From a virus (Duplodnaviria > Caudoviricetes), in the IMG/VR virus record IMGVR_UViG_3300040811_001959: 64,000 nucleotides of DNA; one strand, given 5' to 3'. Position numbers and translations under genes: made by a program. The notes beneath the pieces were generated by a model, which saw nothing but the letters and a program-made list of their open reading frames with translations, searched no databases and was not told the origin of the DNA. Below are positions 37,775 to 47,120 of the stretch, piece by piece; within the stretch, counting starts at the first letter, position 1, and each line of letters begins with the position of its first letter.

Positions 37775-38940
37775 TGCCTAGAATATCTTTATACAAACCC
37801 AGTAAAGGGAACGATTACAATTTTATAGATGCAAGAATATTTGAAATGTTTACTGTTGGCGGAACAGATGTAAATATCCACAAATATTTAGGACCAAAAA
37901 ATCCAACTGAGGAAGATGCAACTGCAGATATTCCTCGTTATGATGCTATAACTGAAACTAACATACAAGATTTATTATTTTTAGAAAATAGAGATAGGAA
38001 ATATGATCCGGATATCTATACAATTAGAGGAATTTATAGCGTTCAAGATATTGATTTTAATTTAAGTCAATTTGGATTATTTTTAAACAATGACACTTTG
38101 TTTATGACTATTCATATTAATAGTTCAGTAAAAACAATAGGTCGAAAAATAATGAGTGGAGATGTAATTGAATTGCCTCATATGAAAGATGAATATGCGG
38201 CAAACGATTTTCATGTTGCACTTAAGAGTTATTATGTTGTAGAAGAAGTTAGTAGAGCAGCAGAAGGATATAGTCCTACATGGTATCCGCATTTGTATAG
38301 ATTAAAATGTAAACAAATTGTCGATAGTCAAGAATTTAAAGAAATACTTGATTTACCAATGGACGAAGAAGTTCCTGCAGCAGGTAGTCTACGAGACTTA
38401 TTATCAACATATGAAAAAGACATGCAAGTTAATAATGCAGTAATTGCACAGGCAGAAGCTGATGCAAAGAAAAGTGGTTACGAAACTGGACATTATTTTA
38501 CATTGCAAACAAATGACGAAGGTAGGGTAGAGTTAGTTACAGCTGATTTAACAGAATTAGATGCAAGTGTTGCAAATGAATTGGCTGATAGAGTTATGCA
38601 AACTCCAGAAAGGACAGGCTATACTGGTTATTTACTTGGTGATGGAATAGCCCCTAATGGTGAAATTTTTGGTCATGGTACTCTTTTTCCTGAAGGTAGT
38701 GTAACAGGAGATTATTTTTTAAGGACAGATATGGTTCCTAATAGATTATTTAGATACGACGGAAGACGCTGGATTAAAATGGAAGATAATGTTCGTATGA
38801 CAATGACTCAAACCAATGATAGAAGTACGCAAAAAGGCACGTTTATTAATAATACAAATGTTACAACTGTCGCCGGCGAGTCTGTGCCTGAAAGACAGAG
38901 TGTAAGTAAAGCTCTTAAGGCTAAAACCGATAATGTGTAA
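37774..38940 (+). CDS. gp14: Neck/head-closure protein (gp14-like)
   Basis: 'DLLFLENRDRKY', 'FGLFL..DTLFMT', 'GDVIELPH'; divergent from gp13. Confidence 0.75.
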   Translation: MPRISLYKPSKGNDYNFIDARIFEMFTVGGTDVNIHKYLGPKNPTEEDATADIPRYDAITETNIQDLLFLENRDRKYDPDIYTIRGIYSVQDIDFNLSQFGLFLNNDTLFMTIHINSSVKTIGRKIMSGDVIELPHMKDEYAANDFHVALKSYYVVEEVSRAAEGYSPTWYPHLYRLKCKQIVDSQEFKEILDLPMDEEVPAAGSLRDLLSTYEKDMQVNNAVIAQAEADAKKSGYETGHYFTLQTNDEGRVELVTADLTELDASVANELADRVMQTPERTGYTGYLLGDGIAPNGEIFGHGTLFPEGSVTGDYFLRTDMVPNRLFRYDGRRWIKMEDNVRMTMTQTNDRSTQKGTFINNTNVTTVAGESVPERQSVSKALKAKTDNV

Positions 38941-38948
38941 GGTGAACA

Positions 38949-40415
38949 ATGCAACATTTTTATGATGGTCAAATAAGAAGATACATAACTCAAATTGTTA
39001 GGATGTTGAGTAATTTTAGTCATAAAGATATTGAAGGAAATTTAAAAACTATTCCTGTAGTTTACGGAGATCTGGCTAGGCAAGTTGGATCTATCCTTAA
39101 AGATAATTCTGAATTAAAAATTATAGGAGCGCCTAAAATTTCAGTTTACATAACTGGTTTAGAATTAGATAGATCTAGATTATCTGATAGTAGCTTTGTA
39201 AGTAAAGTTAATATTAGAGAACGAGCATATGATTCTAATAACGAAGAATATTTAAACATGCAAGGAAAAAATTATACAGTTGAAAGATTAATGCCAACTC
39301 CATATAATTTATCAATTAATGCAGATATTTGGTCAACAAACACAGACCAAAAATTACAAATCTTAGAGCAAATTCTTATGTTGTTTAATCCAAGTTTAGA
39401 AATACAAACAACAGATAATTTTGTAGATTGGACGAGTTTAAGTGTAGTTAATTTAGAAAATATAACTTTCAGTAGTAGGAGTATAGGAACAAGTACAGAA
39501 AGTGAAATAGATATAGCAACTTTAGGATTTAGTACTCCTATATACATTTCACCTCCTGCTAAAGTTAAAAAACTCGGCATTATCCATACAATTATTACAA
39601 GTATTTTTAATGAATCTTACGGTAACGTAGATTTACATCAAACAATGCCAGAATTATTAGCTTACGCAGATAGTAGATATAAATCAGATGCTATCCATAA
39701 AACAGGTATTAACGAAGACGGAACAACAGTAGACGAATTCGGAAATTTAGTTGCAACAAGACCTGATACTGATGCAGTGATTGCCACCACGTATAAGGAT
39801 TATGATTTGTTTGTAATGAATGATACATTAAAATTAATACCAAATACTGCTTCTGCAAAATCAGTTACCTGGAAAGAATATCTAGATGCTTATCCTGATA
39901 TTTTTAATCCTGGCATCTCAGAGATACATTTGTATAGGAATGATTTAGATACAGATATTGTAGGAAGTATTACAATTAGTTCATTAGATGATTTTATTAT
40001 GAGTGTTAATTGGGATTATGATACTTTACCAAGTGATACTATCATATCAGGTCCTACAGGTGATAAAACAAAGATCGACTACATTATTGATCCCATAAAA
40101 ACTAATCCAACTAATTTAAAAACTGTTGGACTAAGGTTATTGCTACTAGATACAAATATTGGAAATACTAATAACACAGACGGTGCTGATGCATGGAAAA
40201 ATGACAACGGAACCGATTTTATAGCAGGAGCAAATGACATTATAGAATGGGACGGAAATACATGGCATGTGGTATTTGATTCAAGTGAACACGGAAATGA
40301 AATAGTGTATACTACTAATTTAAACACAAATATACAATACAAATTTATTAACAATGAATGGATCTTATCGTTTGAAGGCGAATATCCACATGGTTCATGG
40401 AGGATAAATTTTTAA
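38949..40415 (+). CDS. gp15: Tail terminator / sheath stabiliser (gp15-like) with C-terminal extension
   Basis: 'HFYDGQIRRY', 'PVVYGD', 'MPTPYNL', 'EQILMLFNP'. Confidence 0.8.
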   Translation: MQHFYDGQIRRYITQIVRMLSNFSHKDIEGNLKTIPVVYGDLARQVGSILKDNSELKIIGAPKISVYITGLELDRSRLSDSSFVSKVNIRERAYDSNNEEYLNMQGKNYTVERLMPTPYNLSINADIWSTNTDQKLQILEQILMLFNPSLEIQTTDNFVDWTSLSVVNLENITFSSRSIGTSTESEIDIATLGFSTPIYISPPAKVKKLGIIHTIITSIFNESYGNVDLHQTMPELLAYADSRYKSDAIHKTGINEDGTTVDEFGNLVATRPDTDAVIATTYKDYDLFVMNDTLKLIPNTASAKSVTWKEYLDAYPDIFNPGISEIHLYRNDLDTDIVGSITISSLDDFIMSVNWDYDTLPSDTIISGPTGDKTKIDYIIDPIKTNPTNLKTVGLRLLLLDTNIGNTNNTDGADAWKNDNGTDFIAGANDIIEWDGNTWHVVFDSSEHGNEIVYTTNLNTNIQYKFINNEWILSFEGEYPHGSWRINF

Positions 40416-40428
40416 GATAACTATTTTT

Positions 40429-40866
40429 ATGAAAGAAATAGTTTGTAGTGGGGCGCTAATTTACAGTAAAAAAGAAAAAAGGTTTTTATTTTTGCATAGG
40501 ACAAAAGGCAAAAATAAAAACTTTTGGGGGTTAGTGGGTGGTATTACCGAAAAAGAAGAAACTCCTTGGACTGGCTTGCAAAGAGAAATTGTTGAAGAAA
40601 TTGGTCCTATTAGTATTTGTAAAAGTATACCATTAGAAACTTTTGTAAGTAATGACAATCATTTTCATTTTTATACCTATCTCTGTTTAGTAGAAGAAGA
40701 ATTTATTCCGCAATTAAACGATGAACATGATGGGTATGCATGGACATCATTATCAAAATGGCCTAGACCGCTACATCCTGGTCTTAGAAATACCTTAAGT
40801 GTTAAAATTAATCAAGTAAAATTAGAAACAGTAATTAAATTATTAGATTTATTAGCAAGTACCTAA
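40429..40866 (+). CDS. NUDIX hydrolase
   Basis: Nudix box GGITEKEETPWTGLQREIVEEIG. Confidence 0.9.
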   Translation: MKEIVCSGALIYSKKEKRFLFLHRTKGKNKNFWGLVGGITEKEETPWTGLQREIVEEIGPISICKSIPLETFVSNDNHFHFYTYLCLVEEEFIPQLNDEHDGYAWTSLSKWPRPLHPGLRNTLSVKINQVKLETVIKLLDLLAST

Positions 40867-41453
40867 ACCTTTAACTGTGTCATTGACTGGTTGTTTACTA
40901 TTCCTCTGATAAAAGTATTAAAAGATAAACTAATCCTAGGTAAATCTGATACATTTGGCGTAACTAGATGTTCTAAATTGCTAGGAAAAATTAATATTGT
41001 TCCCGGATCAGGGCAAAAAGTCATAGATTTAGCATTAAATAAATTTGGAGTTTCAATTTCATATTCAAGAGTTTGATATTGTCCAGTGATAAAATTTAAT
41101 AATCCAGTATCTTTATCGGCCTGTAATATAACTATACCTGAATAAACAGAATTAGGATGCCAATGTCTATGGTGCATTTGATCTCTAATAGATTTGTTAA
41201 GCCAACTTTCTGTTATATAAATTTCAGTCTGTTTTTTGACACTTAAAACATCATAAAAATAATCTTGTAAAGAAAGCATTACTTGCTCTTTGAGTATTGA
41301 AAATTCTGGCATTTCTAACACGTCGGTGCTCGTGCTTATAAAATTGTTATAATTTTCTGCCCATACAATATTATCAAGATTGACACTATCTATATCTATA
41401 CGTCCCTCGTATAATGGTTGGCTAAAAAGCGGATGAATACCTAATTCATTCAT
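40863..41453 (-). CDS. Fe(II)/2OG oxygenase-like (TIGR02466-type, HxH)
   Basis: 'HWHPNSVYSGI', 'FPSNLEHLV', 'RISLSFN'. Confidence 0.8.
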   Translation of the reverse strand: MNELGIHPLFSQPLYEGRIDIDSVNLDNIVWAENYNNFISTSTDVLEMPEFSILKEQVMLSLQDYFYDVLSVKKQTEIYITESWLNKSIRDQMHHRHWHPNSVYSGIVILQADKDTGLLNFITGQYQTLEYEIETPNLFNAKSMTFCPDPGTILIFPSNLEHLVTPNVSDLPRISLSFNTFIRGIVNNQSMTQLKV

Positions 41454-41483
41454 ATTGTTTTCCTTTTATTATATATACTTTAT

Positions 41484-41840
41484 ATGGAAGAAAAAGTTAA
41501 AAAAACTGATTGGGGATACGAATTAATATGGGCATCACATCCTACCTATACGGGAAAAATTTTAGTATTCGAAGGTTTAAATGCTCGTACAGATATGTAT
41601 CTTCATAAAACAAAAAATAAAAGTTTGTTTGTAAATAGTGGAAAATTTAAAATTAGATGGATTGAAACCAGTAATGGCGAAATTAAAGAAGTAGAATTTC
41701 TAGAAGGTAATACTTTTGATGTTCCTGCAATGATGCCAATACAAATTTGCAGTCTAGCATACAATGGATCGATTGCAGAAGTTTCTGATAACAATCAAGA
41801 CGATGTTTGTATAATTTTACAATCAAAAAATATTGGATAA
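41484..41840 (+). CDS. Cupin protein (mannose-6-phosphate isomerase type II-like)
   Basis: 'KKTDWGYE..W', 'GKIL', 'HKTK'. Confidence 0.6.
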   Translation: MEEKVKKTDWGYELIWASHPTYTGKILVFEGLNARTDMYLHKTKNKSLFVNSGKFKIRWIETSNGEIKEVEFLEGNTFDVPAMMPIQICSLAYNGSIAEVSDNNQDDVCIILQSKNIG

Positions 41841-41843
41841 ATT

Positions 41844-42119
41844 ATGTTGCCTTCTTTACAAAATTCGTCTAATGTTAGAAATAATTTAGCTAGGTACAGT
41901 CATAAAATACAATATATTAAAAATATTAAAGCAAAAAATAAAGCACTTATAGCCTTAGAAAATTTAAAAAATGCTATCGCAGATATTGAACAAGCTCATC
42001 GAATTAGAACTTCAGGCGATTTACGTCCAAATTTGTTTGATTACCACAGAGAAAAAATTTTTTTATTTAGAAAAGAAATTGAAAAATTAATTAAAGAAAA
42101 TACTCAAAAGAAAAAATGA
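41844..42119 (+). CDS. Hypothetical helical protein
   Basis: 91-aa ORF in operon. Confidence 0.5.
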   Translation: MLPSLQNSSNVRNNLARYSHKIQYIKNIKAKNKALIALENLKNAIADIEQAHRIRTSGDLRPNLFDYHREKIFLFRKEIEKLIKENTQKKK

Positions 42120-42940
42120 TATTTAAATCAAAAAAAAAATGGGTTAGATTTTATTGTTTAGACGAAAATGTTGCAACATTATATCCTTTAATTAAATCAA
42201 AAGCAGTAATTCGAAACTGGAATAATTTAGCAAGCACAGAAAGGAATCGTCCTGAACAAGGATCACAGACTGTTTTAAATTGTCCTGCTATTAAATTAGT
42301 AAAAGATTTTGGATATGTATTAACTGCTCCTGCAGATTTTGTTATAAAATCTGGAGATGAGTCTGCTTATTTTTCCTGGGAAACACCTTTTATATTTAAA
42401 AGGTCAAGTGAACGGTATACTTTTGGGGGTACCGATTATTACATCGATTGGCATAGTCATGCTCAGGTTGAACCAATTATTCCAAAGAGCAATACCCAAG
42501 TTAATAAACCATATTTACACACTGCAGTAAAAGTAGAAACTCCATGGAGGATAAAGGCAAGCAGTGATATAGTTTTATTACAAATTCCTGTTACATACAA
42601 TAATGAAGAAAGATTTACTGCTGCTATAGGAATCGTTGATCCAGAATATATGCATGCGGTCACTGTACAGTTGTTTTGGCATGTAACTAACAGCGAAACA
42701 CTTGTAAGAGCAGGAACTCCACTAGCACAATATGTTCCAATTCATAGGAACTTTTTAGAAAAAAACAGTATAGATTTTATTGTGGATAAAGCTACAGATG
42801 TAGAAAAAGAACTAGAAGATGCGTATGCCTTTGCCAATCATAGCAGATTTCCTCGGACGGATACTGCAAACAATAAAATTAAAATTATAAAAAATTTGTT
42901 CAACTATTTTAGAAAAAAATATCCTAAACAAAAGATTTAA
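42116..42940 (+). CDS. Hypothetical protein, possibly dUTPase-like beta fold; paralog of 55289..56077
   Basis: 'NCPAI...GYVLTAPADF', 'ETPWR', 'AGTPLAQYVPI'. Confidence 0.55.
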   Translation: MIFKSKKKWVRFYCLDENVATLYPLIKSKAVIRNWNNLASTERNRPEQGSQTVLNCPAIKLVKDFGYVLTAPADFVIKSGDESAYFSWETPFIFKRSSERYTFGGTDYYIDWHSHAQVEPIIPKSNTQVNKPYLHTAVKVETPWRIKASSDIVLLQIPVTYNNEERFTAAIGIVDPEYMHAVTVQLFWHVTNSETLVRAGTPLAQYVPIHRNFLEKNSIDFIVDKATDVEKELEDAYAFANHSRFPRTDTANNKIKIIKNLFNYFRKKYPKQKI

Positions 42941-42942
42941 AA

Positions 42943-43521
42943 ATGAAAATAGAAAATTCGGTTGGTATTTTTGATAACGTTTTAAACACAGACGAATGCA
43001 AAAAAATAATTGATCAATACAATTTATTAGCAGGACTTAATTTATCTTTTAATCGTATAGATTTAGGTTCTTTTGATAGTCATAGAATTAAAGATAACGC
43101 TGTATTTTTACTAGAAGAAAAATCTATGCGTCTTTTGCCTACAATGGATTTTTTAGAAACTTTTTTGAATAAATTTTGGAATTGTTACAAACAATACACA
43201 GATCATTATAGTGTTATAAAAGAAGCAGGTAATCATTATATTAGATCAATGAAATTACAAAAAACTCTACCAGGCGAAGGTTATCATATATGGCATTTTG
43301 AAAATGATAGTGCCGAAAAGTGCTCTAGATTGTGTGCGTGGGGATTATATTTAAATACAATAAATGACGGCGGAGAAACAGAATTCCTTTATCAAAGTAT
43401 GCGGGTTTCTGCGTTAGAAGGAAGGTTAATATTATGGCCTGCAACCTACACGCATACTCACAGAGGAAATCCTCCTTTAAAAGGAGAAAAATATTTACTA
43501 ACAGGTTGGCTAGAGTACTAA
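42943..43521 (+). CDS. Prolyl-4-hydroxylase-like Fe(II)/2OG oxygenase
   Basis: 'YHIWHFE', 'GGETEF', 'HTHRG', 'KYLLTGW'. Confidence 0.88.
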   Translation: MKIENSVGIFDNVLNTDECKKIIDQYNLLAGLNLSFNRIDLGSFDSHRIKDNAVFLLEEKSMRLLPTMDFLETFLNKFWNCYKQYTDHYSVIKEAGNHYIRSMKLQKTLPGEGYHIWHFENDSAEKCSRLCAWGLYLNTINDGGETEFLYQSMRVSALEGRLILWPATYTHTHRGNPPLKGEKYLLTGWLEY

Positions 43522-44132
43522 TGGAAATTTTAAAACTTTTTCCTATAGATTTTTTTGTTTTTTATAACAAAAATTTTGATAATAAAAAGCTAATTGCAAA
43601 TTTAGAAACATTAGAAGATATACAAATAAAAAAAACTACTCAAATTAGTTTACTAATTAATTTAAAAAACAATAAAAACTTTCAAGATTTATTTAATTGG
43701 TTTAGTGACTGTTTAAAAGAAGTAAAAAAAATTAAGCAATATGATTGTGATCAAATAAAAATAACAAATAGCTGGGTAAATGTTTCATTAGCAGATTACA
43801 ACATGTATTTAGATACACACAAACACAGTATGAGTTTTTACAGTGGTATATATTACTTAACAGACGGATCTGCTACAACCTTCATTGATCCATTTGAACA
43901 AGCTATTGATACACAATTGCAGGTATTAAAATTTAATTATCACCCAGAAGAAAAAATTAGTCCCGAACCAGGAAAATTAATAATTTTTCCTAGTTACATT
44001 TATCATAAGAGCGATATACATATCGCAAATACTTCAAGATACATTATAAGTTTTAATACAATGCCAACGGGTAAAATTAACTATAATTTAGCAACAGACT
44101 CAAAAATTAATATTAAAATTGAAGATGATTAA
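43521..44132 (+). CDS. Fe(II)/2OG oxygenase-like (TIGR02466-type); start revised to 43521
   Basis: 'HKHSMSFYSGIYY', 'FPSYIYH', 'RYIISFN'. Confidence 0.8.
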   Translation: MEILKLFPIDFFVFYNKNFDNKKLIANLETLEDIQIKKTTQISLLINLKNNKNFQDLFNWFSDCLKEVKKIKQYDCDQIKITNSWVNVSLADYNMYLDTHKHSMSFYSGIYYLTDGSATTFIDPFEQAIDTQLQVLKFNYHPEEKISPEPGKLIIFPSYIYHKSDIHIANTSRYIISFNTMPTGKINYNLATDSKINIKIEDD

Positions 44133-45615
44133 CGATATAATTATTTTAGGAGGAGGAAATGCAGGATTAATGGCTGCTATATATCTAAAAACTGCTATTC
44201 CTTCTTTAAATTTGTCAATAATAAAATCTGATAAAATTGGAACTATAGGTGTTGGCGAAGGTTCTACAGAACATTGGAAATTATTTGCAGATGCAGTTGA
44301 CATTAGCATGGTAGATCTCGTAAAAGAATGCGGTGCAACGATTAAAATTGGTATTAAATTCGAAAATTGGCACGGTGATAACACAAGTTATTTCCATAGT
44401 TTGCCCGAGTTTTTAGTAAATACAGATCCGTATTGCGGTGCACCATATACTTTAATGCGACTTATAGGCAATGGAATTTCCTCAGAAAAATTACATTGGG
44501 ATTTACCGTTACAAGGTTATGTTAAAGAACCTTTCACTGATTATTATCAATTCCATTTTGACAGTGAAAAATTAAATCTTTTTTTAGAAAATAAAGCAAA
44601 AGCATTAAATATTAAATTTGTAATTGCTGATATTGTCGATGTTTCTGTAGATAATGAAGGATTTGTAGAATCTATAATAGATAATAACAACAATAAATAT
44701 TTTGCTGATTTTTTTATAGATAGTAGCGGGTTTAGGCGGGTTATATCATCTAAGTTAGGGTCTACTTGGACAGACTGGTCAAAATATTTACCATTAAACT
44801 CAGCTGTTGCGTTTCAAACACCCAGTCAAAAAGATATTCCAGTTTTTACTTTAGCAAAAGCCATGGATGCAGGATGGCATTGGCGGAGTCCAGTACAAGA
44901 TCGATTTGGTAATGGATATGTATTTAGCGATGCTTTTATTAATGAAGAAACTGCAGTCAACGAAATACAAAAATATTTTCCTGATACTATCAACATTGGT
45001 AGGAAAATTAATTTTATCTCAGGAAAAATTGACAAAGCATGGACTAAAAATTGTGTATCAATTGGATTAAGCAGTAATTTTGTAGAACCTTTAGAAGCAA
45101 GCAGCATCAGTACAACTATACAACAAGTCAGATTATTAGCAAGTTCGTTATGGAATTGGTCTCGGAAAGATGTATCTACCAGTAAAAATTATAATAAGAT
45201 TTTTGATGATATGTTATATAATATTTTAGATTTTATACAACTGCACTATTTTACAAAACGTGACGATACTGCATTTTGGAAATGGTGTAGTAATGAAATG
45301 ACTGTAACAGATTTTAATAAAGAAAATTTAGAACTATTTTCAAATAATTTTGTAAATCAAATTTTATTACCTGAGGATTTTACTAACCGTACATATAGGA
45401 TTTATGATTGCTTAAATTGGATACAGGTAATGCACGGCTTAAGAATGTTTAATCAAACAAATATATTACAACTCTTTAAGACAAGATTTTCGCAATATCA
45501 AGAATATGACGAATTGCAAATTTCTTATGTTCCTAACAAATTAACAGAAGAATGGTATTCTAGTAGAGAAGCATTAGAGTACATGAAATCTATTTCAACT
45601 AATTATGTATTATGA
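44125..45615 (+). CDS. Flavin-dependent halogenase 1 (tryptophan-halogenase family)
   Basis: GGGNAG, 'GVGEGS', catalytic-Lys 'ATIKIGIKF', WHWRSP, FVEPLEASS. Confidence 0.9.
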   Translation: MINDIIILGGGNAGLMAAIYLKTAIPSLNLSIIKSDKIGTIGVGEGSTEHWKLFADAVDISMVDLVKECGATIKIGIKFENWHGDNTSYFHSLPEFLVNTDPYCGAPYTLMRLIGNGISSEKLHWDLPLQGYVKEPFTDYYQFHFDSEKLNLFLENKAKALNIKFVIADIVDVSVDNEGFVESIIDNNNNKYFADFFIDSSGFRRVISSKLGSTWTDWSKYLPLNSAVAFQTPSQKDIPVFTLAKAMDAGWHWRSPVQDRFGNGYVFSDAFINEETAVNEIQKYFPDTINIGRKINFISGKIDKAWTKNCVSIGLSSNFVEPLEASSISTTIQQVRLLASSLWNWSRKDVSTSKNYNKIFDDMLYNILDFIQLHYFTKRDDTAFWKWCSNEMTVTDFNKENLELFSNNFVNQILLPEDFTNRTYRIYDCLNWIQVMHGLRMFNQTNILQLFKTRFSQYQEYDELQISYVPNKLTEEWYSSREALEYMKSISTNYVL

Positions 45616-47120
45616 TAGATAAAATCTGTATAGTAGGTGGCGGAACAAGTGGATACATTGCAGCGTTAATGCTTAGATCTGCATATCCTAATTTAGATAT
45701 ACAATTAATTGAAAGTTCTAAAATTGGAATTGTAGGAGTGGGCGAAGGAACTACAGAACATTTCCGTAAGTTCATTATACATTCGAACATCAATATCTTT
45801 GATTTATTTAGAGAAACAGATGCAACTTTTAAAATTGGAATCAAATTTCAAAATTGGTTAGGAAATAATAAACATTATTGGCATAATCTTACTGAATTTT
45901 TTGTTACACAATCTGATACTAATGGTCTTTTTACATCATGGTTACAATTAGTGATGGATAATGTAGAGCCAGATAAAACTGTTTGGGATTTAGCTATTAA
46001 TGGTAAACATATTGCTCCTTTAGATAAAATTATATCACAATTCCATTTTAACACTTTTAAATTGAATTCTTTTTTTAGGAATCTTTCAATAACAAGGAAT
46101 ATCCATATTGTTGACACTGAAATAGTTGATACTATACTAGATGAAAATAATAATATTAACCATATTATCGACAAAGATAACAAAATTTATGCTGCAGATT
46201 TTTTTATTGATTGTACAGGTTTTGCAAGGATACTGGCTAGAAAATTAGAAGTTAAATGGCATACTATATTTGATAAACTTCCAATGAATAGTGCCTTGGC
46301 ATTTTCAACCGATATTACCGAAGTAATACCAAATTATACATTATCGACAGCAATGTCTAGTGGATGGGCATGGAGGATTCCTACACAGGAAAGGTATGGC
46401 AATGGATACGTTTTTTGTAACAATTTTATAAATCCTGATAGGGCGTTAGATGAAATAGAAAATTATTATGTAACCAACAATATTACAAAAAAAATTACAG
46501 ATGCAAGATATTTTAACTTTACAAGTGGGTTTTCTGATAAATTTTGGTATAAAAATTGTGCATTTGTTGGGCTAAGTGGATTGTTTGTAGAACCACTAGA
46601 AGCAACTTCTATAGGAGCCGTAATACAACAATGTTTTTTATTAACTAATTCTTTGTATTTTTTCCACAAAAATGATACCAAAGTAAGTAAAATACACAAT
46701 GACAGGATGAATAAGATTGTTAGTAACATAATTGACTTTATTCAACTTCATTACCTTACAAGTAGAAAAGATTCAAATTTTTGGAAATTTTGCAAAAATG
46801 ATTTAAAATTAACTGATTTTAATGCAGAGTATCTTGATTATATGTCTTATAATTTTCCTGATAGTCAACTTTTTCAAGATACTATGTTAATGTTTAATTG
46901 TTTAAATTTTGGCCAAGTTATGTTAGGTTTGAATTTAATATCAAAAAAAGGACAGGAAAATATTAAACAGCAATTTCAAAAACATTTATATATCAATTCT
47001 TTAAAATTAGAAGATATATATAATGACATGTCAAATCCAGATTTGCAAACCTATTCACACAATGAAGCTATTGAATTATTAAAAGAATTAGATAAACATG
47101 AATACAAATACAAGTTATGA
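45612..47120 (+). CDS. Flavin-dependent halogenase 2
   Basis: GGGTSG, 'ATFKIGIKF', WAWRIP, FVEPLEATS. Confidence 0.92.
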   Translation: MIDKICIVGGGTSGYIAALMLRSAYPNLDIQLIESSKIGIVGVGEGTTEHFRKFIIHSNINIFDLFRETDATFKIGIKFQNWLGNNKHYWHNLTEFFVTQSDTNGLFTSWLQLVMDNVEPDKTVWDLAINGKHIAPLDKIISQFHFNTFKLNSFFRNLSITRNIHIVDTEIVDTILDENNNINHIIDKDNKIYAADFFIDCTGFARILARKLEVKWHTIFDKLPMNSALAFSTDITEVIPNYTLSTAMSSGWAWRIPTQERYGNGYVFCNNFINPDRALDEIENYYVTNNITKKITDARYFNFTSGFSDKFWYKNCAFVGLSGLFVEPLEATSIGAVIQQCFLLTNSLYFFHKNDTKVSKIHNDRMNKIVSNIIDFIQLHYLTSRKDSNFWKFCKNDLKLTDFNAEYLDYMSYNFPDSQLFQDTMLMFNCLNFGQVMLGLNLISKKGQENIKQQFQKHLYINSLKLEDIYNDMSNPDLQTYSHNEAIELLKELDKHEYKYKL

